The notes under the pieces are model-generated. The model worked only from the letters and a program-made list of their open reading frames with translations, did no database searches and was not told the DNA's origin. A stretch of DNA of 64,000 nt from a virus (lineage: Duplodnaviria; Caudoviricetes), in the IMG/VR virus record IMGVR_UViG_3300027212_000006, positions 1-64,000 of that record. One strand, written 5' to 3'. Positions 37,899 to 46,127 of the stretch are shown here, one piece after another. Positions within the stretch are counted from its first letter, which is position 1; the number at the start of each line of letters is the position of its first letter. Position numbers and translations under genes: made by a program.

Positions 37899-40410
37899 AA
37901 AACCAAAGAATATGGAAACAGAAGCATTAGTAATTGCTGATGACTATGTAATCCAAAAAGAATTTATCGAGCTTATCGATGAGAGGTTCACTAATTATGC
38001 ATTTGCAGTTATGGAGGACCGTGCACTTCCAGATGCAAGGGATGGCCTAAAGCCATCCCAACGCAGAACACTAGTTGCAATGAACGACCTTAGTCTTCGT
38101 TCTACAGGCAAGACTAAGAAGTGTGCAAAGATTTGTGGTGACGTTTCAGGTAATTACCATCCTCACGGAGAAGCAGTGGTTTATCCAACTCTTGTCCGTA
38201 TGGCTCAGGATTGGTCATTACGCTATCCTTTGATTACACCTCAAGGTAACTTTGGATCACCTGCACCAGAAGATAAACCTGCTGCAATGCGTTACACAGA
38301 AGCTAAGTTTTCTGCGTTTGGCGATCAAATGGTTTCTGAATTATCTGATCAAGTAGTAGATTATATTTCTAACTACAATGATGAGTTAATGGAGCCAACA
38401 GTGCTACCTTCACTTCTTCCTAACTTAATCATTAATGGTTGTTCTGGAATTGCAGTTGGATGGGCTACTAACATGGCTCCTCATAATTTGCGAGAAGTAG
38501 CAAATCTTATTGATGCTTATATCAAAAATCCAGATATAACTGAAGAAGAAGTGCTAAGTATTCTTCCAGGACCAGACTTTCCTCTACCATGTAAGATTCT
38601 GGGCACTGAAGGTGTTAAGAATTACTTTACAACTGGACGAGGTACTGTTCAAATTGAAGGATACTATTCAATTGAGCAAGACAAGAATAATCAACAATAT
38701 ATCAAGGTTACTGCTTTGCCTTATGGTGGTAGTGCCGAAGGTTTTTGTAGAGAAATCAAAGAGCTTGTTGAAAGTAAGAAAATTGAAGGCATTACAAACC
38801 TTAAAAATCTTACTAATAAAAGAGGAATGGACATTCGTGTTTGGATTGGTAAATATGCAAACACAAATGTAGTTCTTAATTTAATTCTCAAGCACACTTC
38901 ACTTCGCACAAACTTCTCTGTCAATTCCACTGTATTGATGGAAGGCAAGAAGGTTGTTGAAAATGTTCCTATGATTAAACTTGTAGAAGTTTTTGTAAAT
39001 CATAGGAAAGAAGTACTTACAAGAAAATTCAATGCAGAACTTGTTAAAAATAATCGAAGAACTCATATTCTGGAGGGTCTTATTGGAATTACCTCTAAGA
39101 TTGATGCGGTTATCAAACTTATTCGGGAAGCTGATAATAGGGAGATTGCACTCCAAGGATTAATCAGTGGTGGATTTGTCGTATCACCTGAGCAAGCAGA
39201 TGCAGTTTTGAAAATTACTTTGGGTAATCTTACAAAACTTGATACTCGTGCAATGAATGACGAATTCGATAAGTTGACTAAAAGAAGTGCTTGGCTTACA
39301 GAGCAATTAGCATCAGATAAGAAAATGCTTAAGCTTATTTCCAAAGAGCAACTTGAATTAGCCGAAAAAGTTGGTGATGACAGACGCTGTGAAATAGTTG
39401 AGTCTGTTGGAGCCATGTCAATTGAAGACCTTATTCCTGAAGAGCAAATCATTGTGTCTTTGACCAAGGATGGTTATATCAAGAGAGTTCCTTTGACAAC
39501 CTTTAAAGCCCAAAATCGTGGTGGTAAAGGTGTTATTGGAGTGAAGAGCCGTGAAGAAGATGAAGCTTCTGATATCTTTTCAGGTTCAACTCACGACTTG
39601 TTCTTGTTCTTTACAAATCAAGGTAATTTGTTGAAGAAAAAAGGACATGAGATTCCTCTTGCAACTAGAACATCAAAGGGTATGCATTTAGCTAACTTGC
39701 TAAATCTGAATCCAGATGAAAAGGTAGCATCGACTATCACTGTAAAGTCACTTGACATTGATGGCTTCTTTGTTATGGTCTCGAAGAATGGATTAATAAA
39801 GCGATCTGAAATCCGTGATTATAATTCTTCCCTTCGCAAAAGAGGCCTTAAGGCAATTACTTTGGATGAAGGTGATGAGTTGGCCTTTGTAATGTCTACA
39901 ACTGGAAATCAAGAACTCATGTTCATTACCGCTGAGGGTATGGCTGCACGTTACTCTGAACAAATTGTAAGAGAGACTGGCAAAAACTCAAAGGGTTGCA
40001 GATCGATGATTCTTGAGCGTGGAGACTATATCGCTTCAACATTAGTACTCAACCCTGAAGACAATCCATCTATTCTTGTAATTACAGAACAAGGTTATGG
40101 CAAGAAAACAGATGCTTCTATGTATCGCTCTGCAGGTGGAAGATATGTTAAGGGCTTGAGGACTATCGATAATGTCAAGAAAACACGTAATGGCTTGATT
40201 GTTTCAGGCTTAGCGGTGACTGATGAAGATGATTATCTTGTGCTTACTACCAAGGGCAAGATGATTAGAAACAGAGTAGCTGATATCAAGTCTAAGGGAA
40301 GAACAACCATGGGCGTTCCTCTTGTAAGCTTGGACAATAATGACTCAGTTCAGTCCGTAGTTGTTGTAAAAGCTGATATTGAAGAGGAAATTCAAGACGA
40401 AGTTAGTTAA
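37891..40410 (+). CDS. gyrA: DNA gyrase subunit A
   Basis: RALPDARDGLKPSQRR, YHPHG, AAMRYTEA (catalytic Tyr), GyrA-box QNRGGKG and beta-pinwheel repeats. Confidence 0.97.
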   Translation: MARKPKNMETEALVIADDYVIQKEFIELIDERFTNYAFAVMEDRALPDARDGLKPSQRRTLVAMNDLSLRSTGKTKKCAKICGDVSGNYHPHGEAVVYPTLVRMAQDWSLRYPLITPQGNFGSPAPEDKPAAMRYTEAKFSAFGDQMVSELSDQVVDYISNYNDELMEPTVLPSLLPNLIINGCSGIAVGWATNMAPHNLREVANLIDAYIKNPDITEEEVLSILPGPDFPLPCKILGTEGVKNYFTTGRGTVQIEGYYSIEQDKNNQQYIKVTALPYGGSAEGFCREIKELVESKKIEGITNLKNLTNKRGMDIRVWIGKYANTNVVLNLILKHTSLRTNFSVNSTVLMEGKKVVENVPMIKLVEVFVNHRKEVLTRKFNAELVKNNRRTHILEGLIGITSKIDAVIKLIREADNREIALQGLISGGFVVSPEQADAVLKITLGNLTKLDTRAMNDEFDKLTKRSAWLTEQLASDKKMLKLISKEQLELAEKVGDDRRCEIVESVGAMSIEDLIPEEQIIVSLTKDGYIKRVPLTTFKAQNRGGKGVIGVKSREEDEASDIFSGSTHDLFLFFTNQGNLLKKKGHEIPLATRTSKGMHLANLLNLNPDEKVASTITVKSLDIDGFFVMVSKNGLIKRSEIRDYNSSLRKRGLKAITLDEGDELAFVMSTTGNQELMFITAEGMAARYSEQIVRETGKNSKGCRSMILERGDYIASTLVLNPEDNPSILVITEQGYGKKTDASMYRSAGGRYVKGLRTIDNVKKTRNGLIVSGLAVTDEDDYLVLTTKGKMIRNRVADIKSKGRTTMGVPLVSLDNNDSVQSVVVVKADIEEEIQDEVS

Positions 40411-40440
40411 TTATTAATTAACTTGTAAGGAATTAAGAAT

Positions 40441-40845
40441 ATGGCTAACGCACTTTACGACACTGGAAGAAATGCTTTTTTAAGAGGCGATTTGAGTTGG
40501 AATTCACATACGTTCAAGGTAGTACTGCTATCTAGTTCATATACTGTTAATTTAGCTTCACATCAATACTTATCTAGCGTTCCTGGTGGAGCAAGGGTAG
40601 CCACTTCTACAGCGCTTACAACATCATTGCCAGGAGCCGGTATCGCAGATGCAAGTGACATAACATTTACATCTGTCACCGGCTCCCAAGTGACCCAATT
40701 TGCAATTTACAGAGACACTGGCGTAGAAGCTACATCTCAACTAGTTGCATATTTTGACACTGCAACAAACCTACCTATAACACCAAATGGGGGAGATATT
40801 TCCATCACTTGGTCAAATGACACTAACAGAATATTTAAACTTTAG
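40441..40845 (+). CDS. Phage virion structural protein
   Basis: MANALYDTGRNAFL...LPITPNGGDISITW...IFKL resembles a widespread tail-module protein; AAGGA SD. Confidence 0.65.
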   Translation: MANALYDTGRNAFLRGDLSWNSHTFKVVLLSSSYTVNLASHQYLSSVPGGARVATSTALTTSLPGAGIADASDITFTSVTGSQVTQFAIYRDTGVEATSQLVAYFDTATNLPITPNGGDISITWSNDTNRIFKL

Positions 40846-40853
40846 GGGCAGAA

Positions 40854-41102
40854 ATGGATTACACATCATATACTATTGAAGAATTAGTTGATCTTAAATT
40901 AGTAAAAGAAACTGCTCTAGAATTAGCAAAAGCAGACCTTGATGAGGTTGCAGACGCTTTGAGAGAAAAGCAAGTGAGTTTGGAACTTGCTAATAAATTA
41001 AACTCAATGACTGCAGAAGAAATTGAGTTATTAAGAAATTACAATCCTTCAGCAATGACAGTTGGCAGTATTTTATCTCAAGAGGAAGTTGGCAAAGTTT
41101 AG
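40854..41102 (+). CDS. Small coiled-coil protein
   Basis: 82 aa; ends with one copy of the I-x-S-x-E repeat of the next gene. Confidence 0.65.
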   Translation: MDYTSYTIEELVDLKLVKETALELAKADLDEVADALREKQVSLELANKLNSMTAEEIELLRNYNPSAMTVGSILSQEEVGKV

Positions 41103-41117
41103 CCAGTTATTTCTTCT

Positions 41118-42161
41118 ATGAGCGCCAATGATTTCTTAGCGCAATCAACTCCTCAAAGTATTGGCGCAACTTCTATACCATCTTCTGAATCATTTGATAA
41201 TCAGGCTTTATTGGCTTCTAAAAAGCTTTCTCCTACCGCAATAACCACAAGAGAAACCTTTCCAGTAAACTCTAGAATTGCTAATATAGTTTTTCTTTAT
41301 CCTAATCTAATTGAATCTTCAGAAAGCATACCCACTGACTTACAGCTAAATGTATTTAATGCTCGCTCATATTTTGAGTTTAGCAATTCAATTTTAAGTG
41401 AAGAAGTATTTGGTACTCCCACCACAACTTCAATAACAAATATATCGCTTAGTGCAATTGGTTCAACTGAATCTTTTCCTAACCTAACGTTTAACTTCTT
41501 AGTAAACATGTCAATAGGAACAGGCATATCATCTGCAGAGTCTTTACCAAACAATAATTTACTTAAATCTATTGGAATATTACTTCATCCTGATAATATT
41601 TTTATAGGGCAAATCTTTTCACAACCAAGCATATATTTAGCTAGAAACTTATATCCTGGTTCACTTACTAGCTCTGAATTCATTACTAACAATCATTTAA
41701 TTAATGGAATACAGCCTACAATTAGATTTATCCAGCAATATTCCATCAATTCTTCTGAAACATTTAACTCCAATAATAGCTTTTCAATAACTCCAGCTCC
41801 GCCAACAATTATAGCAGCAGGGTTTATCAAGTCATGGATTGCAGTAGTCAATTCGATGCTAGTAAATGTCTCAAAAAAGAACATCCTTGACGTTGATACA
41901 TTAATTGAATATCAAAAAATTGTTCAACCACAATCCAGATATATCATTGATTCTTACACCAAGACAAATAAAATTGAAGTTGATTATTATGAAAAACACT
42001 CAGCCACTTCATACATAATTAGCGAAGAAGTTGAGATGGCAAGACAAACCAATGATAATTTAGAAAGTTATATTAAACAGAAGCACCACATTGAAAGCTA
42101 TTTTGTAAGTGAAAATATTAACCTGCCAAAAGTTACAAGATACAAAATTGAAAAATATTAG
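41118..42161 (+). CDS. Repeat-containing virion protein
   Basis: About 8 copies of [SAG]I-x-S-x-E-x-F, the first six spaced 22-27 aa apart. Confidence 0.65.
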   Translation: MSANDFLAQSTPQSIGATSIPSSESFDNQALLASKKLSPTAITTRETFPVNSRIANIVFLYPNLIESSESIPTDLQLNVFNARSYFEFSNSILSEEVFGTPTTTSITNISLSAIGSTESFPNLTFNFLVNMSIGTGISSAESLPNNNLLKSIGILLHPDNIFIGQIFSQPSIYLARNLYPGSLTSSEFITNNHLINGIQPTIRFIQQYSINSSETFNSNNSFSITPAPPTIIAAGFIKSWIAVVNSMLVNVSKKNILDVDTLIEYQKIVQPQSRYIIDSYTKTNKIEVDYYEKHSATSYIISEEVEMARQTNDNLESYIKQKHHIESYFVSENINLPKVTRYKIEKY

Positions 42162-42173
42162 GAGATAAAAGAA

Positions 42174-42485
42174 TTGCAATCACCGATTTACACAAATACT
42201 ACTGTTAAAATCTACGCTAAAATTAAGGACGAAGATGGCAACCAAATTGATCCTGATGGCATAGATTTCTTCATCACTCAGCCAGGTATTGGGGCTACAA
42301 CCATTCAGTATTCTTATGGAAATGTTGATGGTACAGTTCAAAAAACAGGTTCTGGTTCAACTGCAGAATACTTTGTTGAATGGCTTACTGATGACCCTGG
42401 TAGATACAAATACACCTGGGAGACAACAGGAACAGTTCAGACAGCATATAAGAGTTTCTTTGAAGTAGAAAACTCAAGGTGGTAA
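42174..42485 (+). CDS. Small beta-rich structural protein
   Basis: TTG start with AGGAG SD; PGRYKYTW Ig-like pattern. Confidence 0.6.
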   Translation: MQSPIYTNTTVKIYAKIKDEDGNQIDPDGIDFFITQPGIGATTIQYSYGNVDGTVQKTGSGSTAEYFVEWLTDDPGRYKYTWETTGTVQTAYKSFFEVENSRW

Positions 42486-42488
42486 TAA

Positions 42489-43430
42489 ATGGCCTTTCCT
42501 GGTTCCCTAACTAGATCAGAGATAGCTTCCGGCTTATTAGTCAGAAGCGTCAAGATAAATGGTAATTATTTATTAGTAGAAAATTGCAGCATTAATCAAG
42601 TCCAAGAAATAGATATGAATTCTTTGTATCTTCAAGGGGGACCAGGAAGTGCTATTGCAAATATTGGTGCTAAAAAATATGAAGGTGATATTTCATTTTT
42701 TATACGAGTTGATAGAGATAACGTTTTAGATCCCGCAGTTCAAGTTATATTAAGACATGCTGAATCGCCAATGTCAGGACTAATATTGGACACTAATCAT
42801 CTTCTTTCTCACTTTGATATTACAGCTGAGGATGGTGGAACAGACAATAATGAACTCTTGTCAATAGATCAGTTAGTAATTAAAAGTCTAACTATTTCAG
42901 CTAATGAAAATGATTATGTTAAAATATCTGCTTCTTTCCAAGGAATGATTGATACCAGAGCTTCTTCTGATTATGCAGTACCAGATGAAAATCATGTGCT
43001 AGGTAGGTCTTTATCTTGGGGTGACTGTAACGCAAGTAGATATCAATCTTCTATGCGCACAGTTTCTAATTTTGAACTAACTATAAATAATGAATTGGAA
43101 TCGCTATCATTTCTTATGGCTGGAGATTTAGCTGGAGTAAATAGATCGGATCAAATATCATTAATTGGTGTAAAATCTGTCAAATGGGCTGGAGAATACT
43201 CAGAAATACTTCGTAAAGGCATGGAATTAGAAACAGCTATACATGGTGGATGGATGGTTGATGAAAACTTAACCTTTACAATAGGACCAATTACTGCGTC
43301 TTATAGAATACCTTTATTTCAAAAATCAGAGCTACCACTTTCTTCAAAAATGTTGATTAGGAAAGTAAAATGGAATGCTATGATTAATCCATCAGCTCCT
43401 TTAAAGCAAGGTGGATTATTTTCAATTTAA
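42489..43430 (+). CDS. Tail-tube-like protein (paralogue of next gene)
   Basis: RSVKING...YLQGGPGSAIANIG aligns with KSIKVSG...YIQGSPKARVLNIG of 43525..44550; beta-rich. Confidence 0.5.
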   Translation: MAFPGSLTRSEIASGLLVRSVKINGNYLLVENCSINQVQEIDMNSLYLQGGPGSAIANIGAKKYEGDISFFIRVDRDNVLDPAVQVILRHAESPMSGLILDTNHLLSHFDITAEDGGTDNNELLSIDQLVIKSLTISANENDYVKISASFQGMIDTRASSDYAVPDENHVLGRSLSWGDCNASRYQSSMRTVSNFELTINNELESLSFLMAGDLAGVNRSDQISLIGVKSVKWAGEYSEILRKGMELETAIHGGWMVDENLTFTIGPITASYRIPLFQKSELPLSSKMLIRKVKWNAMINPSAPLKQGGLFSI

Positions 43431-43465
43431 GAATAAAATAACAACATTTCAAATGAATGTATTAA

Positions 43466-43491
43466 AGGGAAAATTTGCATCATAAGAGAAA
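43466..43491 (+). promoter_or_regulatory. Putative AGG-N18-AGAAA promoter
   Basis: In the gap upstream of the putative major structural gene. Confidence 0.5.
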
Positions 43492-43524
43492 GTAAAAATT
43501 ATATTGGTTTAAGGGAGAATTATT

Positions 43525-44550
43525 ATGCCTCTAAATAATAATCTATTTGGTGTTTACAAGTCAATCAAGGTAAGCGGTCGTACATATGTAGCTGAAAGTG
43601 CAAACAGAAACGTGAGCATGGAAGTTGATGCGAAGAACTATATCCAAGGTTCTCCAAAAGCTCGTGTTCTTAACATTGGTGGAACAAAAGAAAGTATTTC
43701 CATTACATCACCAATTCTTGTAGGCGCTGGATCTGCTGTTGACGGAAGAGAATTGGCCAACACCAAAATTGCTGAGATTTTGGACCCTAACTCTGCTACA
43801 CTTCCAGTTCTTGAAAGTGCTGTTTACAAAGTTAGCCCAGAAGGTGCCTCTGTATCTATCACATTAAAATCTGATGGTGATCCTGGTGATCCAACTTCAA
43901 CAGATCCAAGACCTTTTGAAGTTACAGGTAGAGAAATCGAAGAGCTTAAGCCTGGATTCGGCGCTCAACCATCAAGAGTTGCAAGATTCTATGACTTCCG
44001 TGTTCAAATTGGTTTCAGAAAGTTCTTCATTCTTGAAGCTGAAATTACAGTTGCTGCAACTACTACAGAAGCTTACTTCTTAGTACCTTACAACACAATC
44101 AACGACGGTAATCCTGCTTATATCCAAGGTCCATCTGGCTCTGGTACAATTACAGCTGGTTATCAATTCCCGTTCCTTGGTATCTCTGGTATCAAGATTA
44201 CAGGTAAGGGCAAAGCTGCTGTTATTCTTAGAGATATTCCAGGTACTGCTAACTACGGTGACTACTACTTCTTCGATTACTACGGTGGAGAAACCGTTGG
44301 AACCGACGAATCTATCAACCTTGGTCTTTCAAGAGGACAATCTGACCTTACATTCCAAAGACCTGGTGAAGCAGTTGCAGAAGCTCAAAGTTTCCGCCTT
44401 GAAATCTTCGACGGTCTTACTGACAATGCATGGGAATCACTTCTTCCAGTTACAATTGATACATCCAAGTCTGTTGTTTCTACTTCAAACTTCTCCGTAT
44501 CAACTGGTCTTCTTACCGTTGACTTCGACTTCTACTGCTGGGTTCAATAA
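43525..44550 (+). CDS. Probable major structural (tail-tube-like) protein
   Basis: 341 aa; marked C-ending codon use (TTC, TAC, ATC, AAC, GAC) against the AT-rich background; own promoter-like motif, SD and terminator. Confidence 0.55.
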   Translation: MPLNNNLFGVYKSIKVSGRTYVAESANRNVSMEVDAKNYIQGSPKARVLNIGGTKESISITSPILVGAGSAVDGRELANTKIAEILDPNSATLPVLESAVYKVSPEGASVSITLKSDGDPGDPTSTDPRPFEVTGREIEELKPGFGAQPSRVARFYDFRVQIGFRKFFILEAEITVAATTTEAYFLVPYNTINDGNPAYIQGPSGSGTITAGYQFPFLGISGIKITGKGKAAVILRDIPGTANYGDYYFFDYYGGETVGTDESINLGLSRGQSDLTFQRPGEAVAEAQSFRLEIFDGLTDNAWESLLPVTIDTSKSVVSTSNFSVSTGLLTVDFDFYCWVQ

Positions 44551-44571
44551 TCTAGCTGCAGAAATGCTTAT

Positions 44572-44601
44572 AAAAAAACCTCCCGAAAGGGAGGTTTTTT
44601 T
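44572..44601. terminator. Bidirectional intrinsic terminator
   Basis: AAAAAAACCTCCC-GAAA-GGGAGGTTTTTTT between convergent genes. Confidence 0.93.
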
Positions 44602-45109
44602 ATTCTCTAGTCCAATCTACTATAAACTCTTCATAATTCCAGTCATCGTAAGGATCTATTTTATCCCAAGTTTCTTTGACGACATAAAAGTTAAGTTTAT
44701 TAAGTATACTCATAATTAAGCCATCAACTATACTACATACTGAATAATACCTTCTGTGTTTAGAATCGATGTAATGAAGGGTGCAATATAAAATATCTCC
44801 CACTTTCGATTCTAATACTACTTTTTCAATTGAAGAATTATTATCTTTTAAATGCTTATTAAATATTTGATAAATTGTATGTATATGAGAGTTTTTGTGT
44901 AAGCTTTTAAAGAAAAATGAGAGCATTGACCCTTCATATGCATTAAGAATTATTGCAACATCTTTATCATCACCCTCGAGTAATGCATACATCTTACTTT
45001 CAGGACTAATTAAAATGTGCTGTAAGTCAACTCTCAAAAGACTCAACTCTTCAATATCATTTAAGTTTTTTGCCTTTATAGTTATTTTTTTGCTTGGTAA
45101 ATCTTCCAT
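44600..45109 (-). CDS. Bifunctional nuclease (DUF151)-like protein, divergent
   Basis: YALLEG..KDVAIILNAYEG...IEKVVLESKVGDILYCTLHY...SIVDGLIMS...FYV follows the DUF151 layout. Confidence 0.65.
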   Translation of the reverse strand: MEDLPSKKITIKAKNLNDIEELSLLRVDLQHILISPESKMYALLEGDDKDVAIILNAYEGSMLSFFFKSLHKNSHIHTIYQIFNKHLKDNNSSIEKVVLESKVGDILYCTLHYIDSKHRRYYSVCSIVDGLIMSILNKLNFYVVKETWDKIDPYDDWNYEEFIVDWTRE

Positions 45110-45513
45110 TAATGATTACAGCCTTCACTTTTACAAGGCTTGCAACTACCACAAAGCTTATTGTTTAAATAATGAGATGCAGCTACTAAAAATGAACCAA
45201 AAACTAGCACGACAGTAAATAGATCTATTTCAAAACCATGAACTGATGAATGACTATGCTGTAATCTTCCAATAACAATTAACATGATTCCAGAGCTTAA
45301 ATAGGCAAATGCTTTTAATGATTTATGCTTCCTATACCCAAAACATAAACTGCTAACACCTAAAATTGCTGAAAATACAAGTAGCCCCCATTCAAATGTT
45401 TCACTTACAAAAAGAGACAAACCAAATACTGGGACTAATGTTATTACCAAAGGCATAACTAAGCAATGAATAGCGCATGAAACGCTCGAAAACATACCTA
45501 CTTTATCTATCAT
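45109..45513 (-). CDS. MerC-domain membrane protein
   Basis: DKVGMFSSVSCAIHCLVMP, GYRKHK, LVAASHYLN; four hydrophobic segments. Confidence 0.85.
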   Translation of the reverse strand: MIDKVGMFSSVSCAIHCLVMPLVITLVPVFGLSLFVSETFEWGLLVFSAILGVSSLCFGYRKHKSLKAFAYLSSGIMLIVIGRLQHSHSSVHGFEIDLFTVVLVFGSFLVAASHYLNNKLCGSCKPCKSEGCNH

Positions 45514-46127
45514 TTTAATTGGTAACTCTTTCTATGAAAATGCTGAAGGCCATGTTCAGCAACAGCTTCTTTATGTTTAGCAGTAATATAGCCTTTATTG
45601 CTTATCAAATCATACTCTGGATGTTCTTCATGCAATTTAGCAAGAACTCTATCATGATGTACTTTAGCAATTATACTTGCTGCAGCTACAGCTAATGAAG
45701 TTGAATCTGCTTTAGGTATCATCAATTGAGGTTTTAAATTATTCTTGGGACCTTGATCAATTACATATAAATGAGGTAATTCATCTATATATTTGGTTGA
45801 TTTAGATGCTGCGCTTACCATTGCATTTAAATTAGCTTCTTGTATGCCAATTTTGTCTATATCTTCTGCGGATATTTCAGTCACACCATAAGAAATACAA
45901 CTAGTAATAATTCTATCGTAAAGCTCTTCTCTTTTTTTCTGGGTAAGTTTTTTAGAATCATTGACCCCTTCTAAAGTTTGTCTTTCATCTAAAACCACAC
46001 AAGCAGCAACTAAAGGACCAGCTAAGGATCCACGACCACATTCATCAATTCCAGCAATGTATTTCCCGTATTTAAGCCTAAGTTCATCATCAAATTTTTT
46101 CAATTCAATATATGCTTGTGATTTCAT
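45510..46127 (-). CDS. rnhB: Ribonuclease HII
   Basis: AGIDECGRGSLAGPLVAA, DSKKL, KADS...VAAASIIAKV, NKGY, HRKSY. Confidence 0.95.
   Translation of the reverse strand: MKSQAYIELKKFDDELRLKYGKYIAGIDECGRGSLAGPLVAACVVLDERQTLEGVNDSKKLTQKKREELYDRIITSCISYGVTEISAEDIDKIGIQEANLNAMVSAASKSTKYIDELPHLYVIDQGPKNNLKPQLMIPKADSTSLAVAAASIIAKVHHDRVLAKLHEEHPEYDLISNKGYITAKHKEAVAEHGLQHFHRKSYQLK

Noticed and set aside
43874-44719. Alternate-frame plus-strand ORFs overlapping 43525..44550
   Set aside because: L/S/T-rich shadows caused by the codon bias of the real gene; one runs through a strong terminator.
45109-45513. Mercury-resistance operon
   Set aside because: No merA, merR, merT or merP; only an isolated MerC-domain gene.
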